Origin: Pedosphaera parvula Ellin514
GTDB lineage: Bacteria > Verrucomicrobiota > Verrucomicrobiia > Limisphaerales > JADJPG01
Length of the DNA: 64,000 nucleotides
NCBI GenBank assembly: GCA_943332515.1
Contig: CALQPR010000001.1
Span: 43,598 to 107,597, forward strand
Direction of reading: 5' to 3'
Shown here: positions 17,616 through 26,820 of the stretch, in pieces
Numbering within the stretch: the stretch's first letter is position 1
Layout of the letters: each line of letters begins with the position of its first letter
Notes under the pieces: model-generated
The model's input: the letters and a program-made list of their open reading frames with translations, nothing else
What the model was told of the DNA's origin: nothing
Database searches by the model: none
Translations under genes and position numbers: made by a program

Positions 17616-18764
17616 TTACAGGTTGGGAGTCGTCGCTGTACAGCGTCTGGGCCAGTGGCGCAACATTTCGGCGAGGTCACAGATGTCCGGGCTTTTCGCC
17701 GTGCGGACGTAGAAGCCGCTGCATGTCGTGCCGGTCAGGACAGCGCCAGCGTTGTCGAGGCCGAGCAGCTTGCCGAGGCAGAAGCCGGAGTTGAAATGAT
17801 CGCCGGCACCGGTCGTGATGAGCGGCTTTTCCACGAACGGCCCGTCCACGATGGAGGGCGTTCCGTTGCTGACCGCGAGCGCGAATGTGACTGGGTGGAC
17901 GACCAGTGTGTCCACCGGGCAACGCTTTTGAATCTCGACGGCCAGGGCCGCGAGACCGTCGCGGGAGCGGTTGCTGGTATCCAGGCCGAGCACCTTGCCA
18001 ATCTCGTAGGCTTCCTTCTCGTTCAAGCCGAGGATGACTTCGAAGTAACGGTCGAAGCGCACGATGATTTCAAGGGCGCGCGCGATGTCCTGCTCCGTGC
18101 GCTTCTCGGGGTCGGCAAGGTCGAAGAAAATCTTCCGGCGCGGGAACGGCGGCGTGGGGCAGAACTCCTGGAGCAAGGATTCCCAGAGGTCGCTCATGTA
18201 GGGAATCATCGTCCAGTTCACGAAGCCCACGAAATCTGCGGTTGAGAAATTATCGATGAACTTGTTGCGTCCGTAGCGGAGCTGGATGTTCTCCCAGGTG
18301 ACTTCGTTGAGCGAGGTGGTCTTGGTGAGCATCAGCTTGCCGTCCTCAAATTCCAGGGCATCCGTGTGGCCCGCCTCAGCGATGCTGTGGACTTCCGCGC
18401 GCTGGGCGAACTCCGCGAAGACCGGGTGAAGATGTGGGTAACCCAGCGCGCCGACATAGGTCACCTTCACGCCAAGTCGCGCAAGGGCGTTGGCCATGAT
18501 GGGGCCGTTGCCGCCGAGCTTGGTGCGCTCGGGGACCAGTTCGATGTTCGTGCTCTTGCCTGCCGCACCAGCGAGGCGTTCTGCCAGCGCGCTGATCGTG
18601 GGGAGCCGGCTGAAGCTTGCGGCGTTGTCGCGCTTGTCCACGACGTGGATGATCTCATCGACGAAGCCATCCATGCCGACGAAGGCGCGGAGGCAGCTGG
18701 CGCGCTCGATGCCGGCGAGAAGTTTGGCGGCGGTTTGTTCGCGGAATTCTTCGGGGTTCAACAT
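17616..18764 (-). CDS. PfkB/ribokinase-superfamily sugar kinase-like protein
   Basis: C-terminal TTGAGDHFNSGF (GAGD anion-hole motif), KLGGNGPIMANAL near the N-terminus, ~380 aa. Confidence 0.7.
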   Translation of the reverse strand: MLNPEEFREQTAAKLLAGIERASCLRAFVGMDGFVDEIIHVVDKRDNAASFSRLPTISALAERLAGAAGKSTNIELVPERTKLGGNGPIMANALARLGVKVTYVGALGYPHLHPVFAEFAQRAEVHSIAEAGHTDALEFEDGKLMLTKTTSLNEVTWENIQLRYGRNKFIDNFSTADFVGFVNWTMIPYMSDLWESLLQEFCPTPPFPRRKIFFDLADPEKRTEQDIARALEIIVRFDRYFEVILGLNEKEAYEIGKVLGLDTSNRSRDGLAALAVEIQKRCPVDTLVVHPVTFALAVSNGTPSIVDGPFVEKPLITTGAGDHFNSGFCLGKLLGLDNAGAVLTGTTCSGFYVRTAKSPDICDLAEMLRHWPRRCTATTPNL

Positions 18765-18865
18765 GGGAAATGATTTGTCCGTAAATCGATTCAGATTTGT
18801 CAGTGAGCCGGGACGACATCAAGGTGTCGGTCTGACTTGGCCTGCTGGGGCGATTCAATCCAGAT

Positions 18866-19813
18866 TCAATCCACCGAGACGCCCAGAATCTGCATGATGC
18901 GTTCGAGTTCGTTGTCGCTGTAAAAGCGGATGTCCAGTGCGCCTTTCCCGGCGCGATAACGTAGTTGAACCTTCGTCCCGAGACGTTCGCGCAGCTTGTT
19001 CTCCAAGTTTGTCACATGGACGTCGCGCATGACTGGAACGGCCGCTCCATTGCGAGTGTGCGCCGTGACTTCCACGGCCGGTTGTTGCAGGCGCGTGACG
19101 AGCTCCTCGGTCTGCCGGACGTTGAGTCCTTCCTTGATGATGCGTTCCGCAGCGAGCTGTTGTTCCGCCGGAATGCTCAGGCCGAGAATGACCTTGGCGT
19201 GGCCGACGGAGAGGCGGCTGTCTCGCACGTAGGTTTGCAGGTCGGCGGGAAGCTTGAGCAGGCGGAGGGCGTTCGCCACGACGGTCCGGCTCTTGCCAAC
19301 CTTCACGGCGACGTCTTCCTGCCGCATCTGGTAAGTGCTGATGAGCTCGGAATAGCCCAGCGCTTCTTCGATGGGGTTGAGGTTCTCTCGCTGGAGATTC
19401 TCGATGAGCGCCAGCTCCAGGACTTCACGATCATCGGCTTCGCGCAGGATGACGGGGACTTCGGTCAGGCTCGCAAGTTGCGCTGCGCGCCAGCGGCGTT
19501 CGCCGGCGATGAGTTCGAAGTGTTCGCCCTTCTTGCGGACGATGAGCGGCTGGATGATGCCTTGTTCCCTGATGGAATCGGCGAGTTCCCGGAGTGATTC
19601 CTGGGTGAAATCCTTGCGCGGCTGGAACGGGCACGGCTGCACGCGATCCATGGGGACGCGCTGCACCCGCTCCCGGTCATCCACCGGCGGAGCGGCGGTG
19701 ACGGTTGCGATTGTAGTCGCAGGGTACGCGGTGGAAGGGAGCACTGGTTTTGCGGATGGAGAAGTCCCGCCGAGCAACGCCCCCAGCCCGCGACCCAAAG
19801 CTGGTTTTGCCAT
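18866..19813 (-). CDS. parB: ParB/Spo0J chromosome-partitioning protein
   Basis: MAKPALGRGLGALL start, QPRKDF, IQPLIVRK...ELIAGERRWRAA (ParB box), HTH region VAVKVGKSRTVVANALRLLKLP. The ORF opens at 19882, but ATG 19813 matches the family N-terminus. Confidence 0.9.
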   Translation of the reverse strand: MAKPALGRGLGALLGGTSPSAKPVLPSTAYPATTIATVTAAPPVDDRERVQRVPMDRVQPCPFQPRKDFTQESLRELADSIREQGIIQPLIVRKKGEHFELIAGERRWRAAQLASLTEVPVILREADDREVLELALIENLQRENLNPIEEALGYSELISTYQMRQEDVAVKVGKSRTVVANALRLLKLPADLQTYVRDSRLSVGHAKVILGLSIPAEQQLAAERIIKEGLNVRQTEELVTRLQQPAVEVTAHTRNGAAVPVMRDVHVTNLENKLRERLGTKVQLRYRAGKGALDIRFYSDNELERIMQILGVSVD

Positions 19814-19862
19814 TCGTGAACAGTGGAGAACGGGGGTGGGGATGTCAACGCAGCGATGGGCG

Positions 19863-19900
19863 TGACGCGACGTAAAACGCAACTCGTAATGCGTAACGGC
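19863..19900. repeat. Heptamer-periodic array (TAAAACG-like), copy ii
   Basis: TGACGCG acg TAAAACG CAACTCG TAATGCG TAACGGC on the + strand, 50-90 nt upstream of the parB start. Confidence 0.5.
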
Positions 19901-19921
19901 TGTGGGGTGGTCGCGCGGTTC

Positions 19922-20680
19922 CTACTTTCGCTCGTGCTTGAGGAACCACTCGAAGAGTTTCTCGTTCGCGTAGGTATCGGTCCACGAATCGTGCTGCGCT
20001 TCGGGATAGACGGTAAGTTCGACTTCCTTCACGCCGGCCTTTTTCAAGGCGGCGACCATGCGCTCGGATTCTTCGAGCTTCACGACGGGATCTTTCGCGC
20101 CGTGAAATGCCCAGATGCCAAGTGATTTCAGCGCGGCGGATTTCGCGCGGCTGCTGAGGAGGACGTTGATGGTCTCGCCGCCGCCGCAGATCGGCGCGAT
20201 GGCCGCGAAGCGTTCGGGATACTTCACGCCGAGGCTCCACGAGCCGTAGCCGCCCATGCTCAGGCCGGTGAGATAGACGCGGTTGGTATCCACCTTGTGC
20301 TTCTTGATCACTCGATCGAGAAGGGAGAGAAGCGTTTCGTCGGACCAGGTCTGGTCGGTGGGACATTGCGGCGAGACGAGGATGAACGGAAAGTCGGGAC
20401 GGGTCTTCACGAGCTTCGGCGGGCCGTGGACGGCGACTTTCTTCAAATCGCTGCCGCGCTCGCCGGCACCGTGCAGGAACAGCATGAGCGGCCAGCGCTT
20501 GTCGCCTTTGGCTTCGTAGCCTTTGGGCAGGAAGAGGAGATAGTCTGTGCCGATGGTCCGGGTGATTTTCTTTTTGAAAGTTTGAGGCGTTTGCATGAGG
20601 TCTTCGGTGCTGCTTTGTGCGGCGGCGAACGAGAGGGACAGGAGCAGGGCGCATCCCGTCGCGAGAAGTCTGGTGTGCAT
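19922..20680 (-). CDS. Alpha/beta hydrolase (phospholipase/carboxylesterase-type, secreted)
   Basis: Signal peptide MHTRLLATGCALLLSLSFAAAQS; LFLHGAGERG, GLSMGGYGSW nucleophile elbow, FHGAKDPVV. The ORF opens at 20716. Confidence 0.8.
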   Translation of the reverse strand: MHTRLLATGCALLLSLSFAAAQSSTEDLMQTPQTFKKKITRTIGTDYLLFLPKGYEAKGDKRWPLMLFLHGAGERGSDLKKVAVHGPPKLVKTRPDFPFILVSPQCPTDQTWSDETLLSLLDRVIKKHKVDTNRVYLTGLSMGGYGSWSLGVKYPERFAAIAPICGGGETINVLLSSRAKSAALKSLGIWAFHGAKDPVVKLEESERMVAALKKAGVKEVELTVYPEAQHDSWTDTYANEKLFEWFLKHERK

Positions 20681-20730
20681 GACGGGAGTTGTTCCAGTTT
20701 TGAGGACGAGTGGCAAGCGGGAGTTGAGTG

Positions 20731-20761
20731 AAAAGAAAAAGCGCCGGGAAATACCCGGCGC
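20731..20761 (-). terminator. Rho-independent terminator downstream of the Gfo/Idh/MocA gene
   Basis: On the minus strand: GCGCCGGG-tattt-CCCGGCGC followed by TTTTTCTTTT. Confidence 0.7.
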
Positions 20762-20800
20762 TGTGTCAGAAATGGTGCGGTTCCGCCCGGTTCAGGCGGA

Positions 20801-22192
20801 TCAGTATTCGCGATCGTTTTTCAGACCGGGCATCGGGACGGGATACTTGCCGTCCTTGTCCGAGAGCACCGGCGGCGGGGAATCCATCGTCCACTTGTCG
20901 ATGCCAGGCGCGTATTCGTGGGGATGATTCAGCATGTCGTCGTAGGTGATTTCCTGCCCGGTGTGCGCTGCCATGCGGCCCATCGAAGTGACGACGCTGG
21001 CCTGCACGCCGAAGGGAACTTCGTTGTAAGGCTTGTCGTTGCGGATGGCGTCCATCAAGTCGTTCCACTCGTTGAGATACGGATCGTTCTCAGCTGCGGG
21101 GATGTTGGATTGCCAGGTCATGCTGGAGCGACTAGGCAACTGGCCCTTATGGATGCTGGAGGGGCCGCCGTAGTCGCCGTTCTTGGCGGCGATGGCCATG
21201 CCCTTGGAGCCGTGGACGTGGCTGAAATACATCGGGTGCGCGCCGGTGTTGCAGCGGCCGTCCATGTAGAACTTGGAGCCGTCTTCAAACGTGTATTCGA
21301 CCGCGTAGGAATCGAAGTTCTGGTCCACCCACAGATCGCCGTCGGGGCTGTTGCGGTAGTGGCGTCCGCCGAGCGCCTGCGCCTTGACCGGCCACGCATT
21401 TTTCATCCAGCACAGATGATCGATGTGGTGGATGTAGAAGTCGCTGTAGCAACCACCGCTCGCCCAGATGAAGCTGTGGAAGCGGGAGATCTGCCAGAGC
21501 AGTTCGCTCGGTGTTCCCGGCCATTTCTTGGAGAAGGCGGACGCGACCGGACCGTGCATCCGATAGCCGCGCATGAGCAGGACGTCGCCGATTTCGCCAT
21601 CCTCCACCCGCTTGTGCAGTTCCTGGAGATGCCGCGCGTGACGTGACATGAGGCCGACGCCGACTTTCAGATTCTTCGCCTTCGCCTGCTCGGCGAGATC
21701 CAACATGCGCCGGCTCGTGGGACCGTCGGCGGTGACGGGCTTTTCCATGAAGACGTTCAGCCCCTTTTCGATCGCGTATTTGAAGTGGACCCAGCGGAAG
21801 GCCAGCGGCGTGGTGAAGATGGCGACGTCGCCCTTCTTCATGGAATCCATCGCCTGCTTGTAGCCATCGAAGCCGATGAAGCGTTTGTCCTTCGGCACAT
21901 CGACGAGATCGCCGAACTTACCTTTGAGCGTGTCGTAGCTCGTGTTCATCCGGTTCTCGAAGACGTCCACCATGGCCGTCAACGTCACCGGACCTTTCTT
22001 GGTGGTGAGCGCATTGCCCGCCGCGCCGGTGCCGCGACCGCCGCAACCGATCAGCGCGATCTGGATGGTGTTGTTTTCCGCAGCATGCACGTGCGGGATG
22101 GCCACGCCGGCCAGCGCCGAGACGGCTGCGATTTTGCCGGATGTCTTGATGAAGGCACGGCGGGTGGTGAGTTGTATGTTGTCTTCGTTCAT
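20801..22192 (-). CDS. Gfo/Idh/MocA family oxidoreductase with Tat signal
   Basis: TTRRAFIKTSGKIAAVSALAG twin-arginine leader; IALIGCGGRGTGAA Rossmann motif; EKP motif (FMEKPV). Confidence 0.9.
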   Translation of the reverse strand: MNEDNIQLTTRRAFIKTSGKIAAVSALAGVAIPHVHAAENNTIQIALIGCGGRGTGAAGNALTTKKGPVTLTAMVDVFENRMNTSYDTLKGKFGDLVDVPKDKRFIGFDGYKQAMDSMKKGDVAIFTTPLAFRWVHFKYAIEKGLNVFMEKPVTADGPTSRRMLDLAEQAKAKNLKVGVGLMSRHARHLQELHKRVEDGEIGDVLLMRGYRMHGPVASAFSKKWPGTPSELLWQISRFHSFIWASGGCYSDFYIHHIDHLCWMKNAWPVKAQALGGRHYRNSPDGDLWVDQNFDSYAVEYTFEDGSKFYMDGRCNTGAHPMYFSHVHGSKGMAIAAKNGDYGGPSSIHKGQLPSRSSMTWQSNIPAAENDPYLNEWNDLMDAIRNDKPYNEVPFGVQASVVTSMGRMAAHTGQEITYDDMLNHPHEYAPGIDKWTMDSPPPVLSDKDGKYPVPMPGLKNDREY

Positions 22193-22330
22193 AAAGGATT
22201 AGTTCGGATATCTAGCTGACGGAGGGACGGCGGTGTCAATTCAAGAAGTCTCCCGCGCAAAAATAATCACGCAAGCGGGGACGCGTGACACCTCCTCCCG
22301 ACTCCATCCAACATCCGACTCCGTCAGAAT

Positions 22331-23161
22331 CTATTTTGGGCGAAAGCCCTTCGGTAAATTACTTGTCGGCGGCTCTTCGCTCTGGGCGTCAACCGCTGGC
22401 TCCGGTTCGGGTGCGACGGCGAAGGTAGCTTCCACCGGCGGTGGCAGGCCCAGTCGTTCACGGGCTTTCTTTGCCGCTGCGGTGTGACCGTATTGCTCCG
22501 CGATCCGATGCAACAAAGCGGACGCCTGCTCCGTCTTGTTCAGTTTGCCGGAGTAAAGATTCGCCAGGTGAATGGCCGCCCATCCCCAGCGTTCATCCGG
22601 CAGCTTCTTCTTCAGGATTTCCTCATACTCCAAAGCTGCGGCCAGGTAATTCCCTAAGTCACTCTCGTAAATCTCGGCGATCCGCAGCGCGACATATTGC
22701 TCGCGGGGATGGCGGTTGAGGTATTCACGCATCAAGCCGACAGCTCCCAGAAAATCGCCCTTCGCCCAGACATGTTCGGCTTCCTCATACTCCGGGTCTT
22801 TCATGCCCTTGAGGTCGTCGTTGAAAATGAATTCGTTGACCCGGTTGGCGAAAAACCTGGAGACATCATAGCCGATCATTACCGCCAGACCGATCAGAGT
22901 GAAGAACATCGTGATGCCGTAGGCAGTCATGCGCCCGACACGGAGCTTTCGCGCGGTCACTTCCTCTCTAGGATCGGCGGCCACCTGCGCCACCTGATTC
23001 GTCACCCCGGCCTCAGCAGGGGGAAGATTGGTGGACGCAACGTTCTTCAATGGGGGCGTGACCGTATCCTTGCTATGATAGGTCGCATACAACCCGGCGG
23101 CGCATGAAGCCATGCACACCACCAGCACTACGTATAAAAACAGTTTGACCTTAGGATTCAT
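22331..23161 (-). CDS. Membrane-anchored TPR-like repeat protein (hypothetical)
   Basis: Two hydrophobic helices, then helical-repeat sequence (YVALRIAEIYESDLGNYLAAALEYEEIL...AAIHLANLY) and a Pro/Glu-rich tail. Confidence 0.65.
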   Translation of the reverse strand: MNPKVKLFLYVVLVVCMASCAAGLYATYHSKDTVTPPLKNVASTNLPPAEAGVTNQVAQVAADPREEVTARKLRVGRMTAYGITMFFTLIGLAVMIGYDVSRFFANRVNEFIFNDDLKGMKDPEYEEAEHVWAKGDFLGAVGLMREYLNRHPREQYVALRIAEIYESDLGNYLAAALEYEEILKKKLPDERWGWAAIHLANLYSGKLNKTEQASALLHRIAEQYGHTAAAKKARERLGLPPPVEATFAVAPEPEPAVDAQSEEPPTSNLPKGFRPK

Positions 23162-23335
23162 CGAACAAGCGGCTACGAATTAAACAGCAACTGCGCCCGG
23201 ACAAAAGTAATTTCGCGTCCCGCCAAACGCCAGCCAGACGAGCTCTCGCTTCCCAGCAAGAGCCGGGAGCCACCTCACTTTCGGTCCGGTCTGGGCGATC
23301 CTTGAGCAGCTATTCTCGGCCGGCCTGGATGGTTG

Positions 23336-23398
23336 CCACGTTTCACGTTTTATGTTTTACGCGTGAAACGTAATTCGAAAAACGTAACGGGTGACGGC
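23336..23398. repeat. Heptamer-periodic array (TAAAACG-like), copy iii; head-to-head inverted pair
   Basis: The left arm read on the minus strand gives TAAAACA TAAAACG TGAAACG. The right arm on the + strand gives TGAAACG TAATTCG AAAAACG TAACGGG TGACGGC. CGTTTCACG and CGTGAAACG form a 9-bp complement. Confidence 0.6.
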
Positions 23399-23416
23399 TT
23401 TTGTCTCCTGATCAGG

Positions 23417-24613
23417 CTAGGCGCATTGCCCCGCAGCGTGTCCGGAAGCCCAGGCCCATTGGAAATTGTAGCCGCCGAGCCATCCCGTGACGTCCACGAC
23501 TTCGCCCACGAAATAAAGCCCCGGCACACGACGCGATTCCATCGTCTTCGACGAAAGCTCATTGGTATCCACGCCGCCCACTGTCACTTCCGCCTTGCTG
23601 TAGCCTTCCGTGTCGGCTGGCGTGATCTCCCAACGTTGAAGCCGCCCGGCGATCGCTGCGAGTTCCTCGCCCGAATAGCGGTGCATTGGCTTGGATTCCG
23701 CAAAGCGCTCGCACCACGCCTGCGTGAAGCGCGCGGGTAGATGCTGCGCGAGCACGGTCTTCAATTCCTTCCCGGACTGGCGTTGCGCGAGCAGAAGCGC
23801 GGTGGCGTCGAGCTCCGGCAGCAGGTTGGCGACGAAAGATTCTCCGGCATCGAAGTAATTGGAGATTTGCAGAATTGCGGGGCCGCTCAAGCCTCGGTGG
23901 GTGAAGAGAAGATTCTCGCGGAAGACGGCGTCGTTCGCGCTGACTTCCACATCCAGCGAGATGCCGCTCAGCTCCGCAAACGCCTGTCGTTCGACCGGAG
24001 TAAACATCACAGGCACCAGTCCTGGCCTTGTCGTCGTGACCTTTACCTCGAACTGCCGCGCGAGACGATAGCCAAAGTCCGTGGCGCCAATCTTCGGGAA
24101 AGACAGACCGCCCGTCGCGACCACGAGCGATGCCGAGCTGAACACGCCGTGATTGGTGGCGACGCGAAAGGCGCCGGGCTTCGTGACCTCCGCGACACGG
24201 CAGTTGAGCTGCAACGTCACGCCTGCCCAGTCGCATTCGCGTTGCAGCAGTTCGACGATCTCGCGCGAGCTGATGTCGCAGAAGAGCTGGCCGAGTTTCT
24301 TCTCGTGATGGGCGATGCCATGCCGCTCGACCAGCGCGATGAAGGCCGCCGGGGTGTAGCGGGCGAGCGCGGATTTGTGGAAGTGCGGGTTGCCGGAGAG
24401 GTAATTCTCGGGAGCGGCGTTGATGTTGGTGAAATTGCAACGACCGCCGCCTGAGATAAGGATCTTTTTACCAGGACGTTCATTGTGTTCGATGACGAGG
24501 ACAGAGCGTCCGCGTTTGCCCGCCTCGATGGCGCACATCAATCCTGCCGCGCCAGCACCCAGGATGATGACGTCGTAATTTGCCGGCGCGGTGGAACTGT
24601 GGGTATCGATCAC
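23417..24613 (-). CDS. HI0933/YhiN (BaiN/RdsA) family NAD(P)/FAD-dependent oxidoreductase
   Basis: YDVIILGAGAAGLMCA dinucleotide motif followed by GKKILISGGGRCNFTN. C-terminal GLYFVGEVVDVTGWLGGYNFQWAW is typical of the family. Confidence 0.9.
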   Translation of the reverse strand: MIDTHSSTAPANYDVIILGAGAAGLMCAIEAGKRGRSVLVIEHNERPGKKILISGGGRCNFTNINAAPENYLSGNPHFHKSALARYTPAAFIALVERHGIAHHEKKLGQLFCDISSREIVELLQRECDWAGVTLQLNCRVAEVTKPGAFRVATNHGVFSSASLVVATGGLSFPKIGATDFGYRLARQFEVKVTTTRPGLVPVMFTPVERQAFAELSGISLDVEVSANDAVFRENLLFTHRGLSGPAILQISNYFDAGESFVANLLPELDATALLLAQRQSGKELKTVLAQHLPARFTQAWCERFAESKPMHRYSGEELAAIAGRLQRWEITPADTEGYSKAEVTVGGVDTNELSSKTMESRRVPGLYFVGEVVDVTGWLGGYNFQWAWASGHAAGQCA

Positions 24614-24917
24614 AATTCGTTTGTGGTGTGTGAGTCTGAACTGGTCGTCGGGTTGCGCTGACTGCGCGCGTGGCTACGGATGGCGAGTATCTTCAACATC
24701 AGGCCGAAAGTATGAAAGCGAGCCGCCGCCGCGTGCAAGACTGCAATGGACAATGCTCCACTTGACGCTGTGTTTCATTGTGGTTGAGGAGGGAGCTTTC
24801 CGCCGCCGTGCTCATCAAGTTGGCAGACACATGGGTCCACACGGCTCATTGCCGGGGCGGCAAGGTCTTCGCCACGATGCAAAGCAGGATAAAAAATCTC
24901 AACGCCAAGGAAAGATG

Positions 24918-24945
24918 TTGAATTCAACACGCATGTAATTATTAT
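24918..24945 (+). promoter_or_regulatory. Candidate sigma70-type promoter for tRNA-Pro
   Basis: TTGAAT-N16-TATTAT in an AT-rich stretch about 38 nt upstream of the tRNA 5' end. Sequence-only prediction. Confidence 0.4.
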
Positions 24946-24983
24946 CCGCATTCTGCTTGGCTCGCGCTAAGCGGAACTTCGGT

Positions 24984-25061
<78 letters not shown>

Positions 25062-25105
25062 TTATTTATTGGGCTTTTCGATAAAAGGTTGGTTTTCCTA
25101 ACACA

Positions 25106-25651
25106 ATGGGACACATGAGCAAGAAGCGCATGTCGTTTCCCATGGAGGTCCAGACGGGCTCGGTCATCGTCAAAATCTACCGCGTTCGCAATAAGGCTTG
25201 CCGCGTCACTGCCAAAGACAACTCCACCGAGGAAAAGGTGCGGTTCAGCTTCATGGTGTCGTTCTTTGCCGATGGCAAACGGCGTCAGAAGATGTTCGCC
25301 GATTTCGGGCAGGCTCATGCCGAGGCGGCGTCTACAGCGGGCAAGCTGGCCGCCGGTCAACAGGACGCCGTCGAGATGAGCAACAAGGAGAGTTCCATTT
25401 ACGCCCATGCCACCGAGGCGGTGAAGCCGACGGGTGTGCCGCTGGATCTCGCCGCCAAGGAATACGCGGAGGCCCGCGAGCGGACTCTCACGCATGTGTT
25501 TTGCGGGAAGTGCCGGGGATCGGTGGGGATGGTTCGGTTCACGGGCGAGGAGGAAAACGGCGACGTGATTCTGAAGGGTTCGTGCGCCGTGTGCGGGCAG
25601 GAAGTGGTGCGGGTGGTGGAGATTTCGGAGCGGGATTTGTCGGGCAACTGA
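25106..25651 (+). CDS. Tyrosine-integrase N-terminal (arm-type) domain remnant fused to a CxxC...CxxC zinc ribbon; catalytic domain absent
   Basis: GSVIVKIYRVRNK...FSFMVSFFADGKRRQKMFADFGQAHAEA...LKPTGVPLDLAAKEYAEA resembles the N-terminus of PVC/Acidobacteria phage-type integrases. The ORF ends after CGKC...CAVC, with no R-H-R-Y catalytic region. It starts 45 nt after the tRNA. Confidence 0.55.
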   Translation: MGHMSKKRMSFPMEVQTGSVIVKIYRVRNKACRVTAKDNSTEEKVRFSFMVSFFADGKRRQKMFADFGQAHAEAASTAGKLAAGQQDAVEMSNKESSIYAHATEAVKPTGVPLDLAAKEYAEARERTLTHVFCGKCRGSVGMVRFTGEEENGDVILKGSCAVCGQEVVRVVEISERDLSGN

Positions 25652-25782
25652 AGCGACGGGTGCAGACACGAATTCCACGAAGCGGCCACGGATGAACGCA
25701 GATGAGCTGGACGGGACGGAGCGTCCCTTCTCGTCGGCAGTGCGCGTCCTCGAGTGGGGCCGGCAAAAAACCAGCGCGAGCG

Positions 25783-26718
25783 CTATCGAGTGCTGGTCGG
25801 TCGGATCACTGGTGGCGGTGACTGTCCCAGCCACTCGGACATGGGACGGGTGGTGCCGCATCGAAGGCAGGTGGTCAGCGGAAATTGTTGATGACATTGC
25901 GGGCATTCGGCACCGGTAACGAAGGTGTCGAAGCGCGTCTGGCAAAGGTTGCAGGCCCAGAATGGTCCAATCAATGGCGGTGCCTGGCACGCGGGACAGC
26001 GGGCTCCGGCGTGAGCGGGAGCTTTCTCCAGGTTGCGCAGCAGCCGGGCGTGCTGAAGAGCCCTCCAGCAATTGACACCCATGAAGAGGGCGATCACGCC
26101 GAACCAGAGTGAGCCGGCATAGATCCCAAGGCCGGCGAGAGTCGCCGCGCCGGCCAGACCGATCACGGTGACGATGATGAGACTGCGCGCGGGTCCAATG
26201 ACAAACCACAGCAGAGATCGCAAAATCTGTCCGCCATCGAGCGGGTAGACCGGGAGCAGGTTGAAGGCGAGCAGTCCGCCGTTGACGTAGACCAGCGCCC
26301 ACAGGAAATGGCGCAGGTTCGGAAGGGTGGTTTCCAAGCCAATGCCATCGGCGGTCAAGGCGAGGCCGAGCGCAATCGGGAGGAGGATGACATTGACGAG
26401 CGGTCCGGCCGCGATGGACCACAGCGTGGCGCCGGGACGTGGAGGCGGGGCGACATAGGCCACACCACCGAGGGGCCAGAGGACAATCGTGTCGGCCTGA
26501 CCACCGGTCTGGCGACAGGCGAGGGCGTGGCCAAATTCGTGGAGGAGGACGATGACAAACAAGGCCACGTATTCCGCAACATTCCAAAATGGGGAGGAGT
26601 ATTGGGCACCCCGGATGTTGAACTCGATGAGCGCGACGACGAACCATGACCAATGCAGATAGACCTGGATTCCGGAAAACCGGAACAGGCGAACGGCCCC
26701 TTTTTGAGTCGGCAACAC
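25783..26718 (-). CDS. M50 family (site-2 protease-like) membrane metalloprotease with C-terminal double zinc ribbon
   Basis: HEFGHAL (HExxH), NLLPVYPLDGG, multiple TM helices. The tail has CPAC/CNLC/CPQC/CLRC. GTG 26718 is chosen as the start; the 555-aa ORF in the track runs antisense into the DUF72 gene. Confidence 0.8.
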   Translation of the reverse strand: MLPTQKGAVRLFRFSGIQVYLHWSWFVVALIEFNIRGAQYSSPFWNVAEYVALFVIVLLHEFGHALACRQTGGQADTIVLWPLGGVAYVAPPPRPGATLWSIAAGPLVNVILLPIALGLALTADGIGLETTLPNLRHFLWALVYVNGGLLAFNLLPVYPLDGGQILRSLLWFVIGPARSLIIVTVIGLAGAATLAGLGIYAGSLWFGVIALFMGVNCWRALQHARLLRNLEKAPAHAGARCPACQAPPLIGPFWACNLCQTRFDTFVTGAECPQCHQQFPLTTCLRCGTTRPMSEWLGQSPPPVIRPTSTR

Positions 26719-26820
26719 GCAACGACCTTGCGCAAACGTCCGGAATAAACCAAGTGCATTGCACGACGATCGACCGGAGGCAGCCTTGCGCGGGATTCGG
26801 AAATCTGGATACGCTGGGGC

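Noticed and set aside
23341-23370. Possible parS site, because GTTTCACG and CGTGAAAC half-sites are present
   Set aside because: The halves are separated by 14 nt instead of being contiguous as in TGTTTCACGTGAAACA. The similarity is explained by the TGAAACG heptamer units of the array, so this is not a canonical parS.
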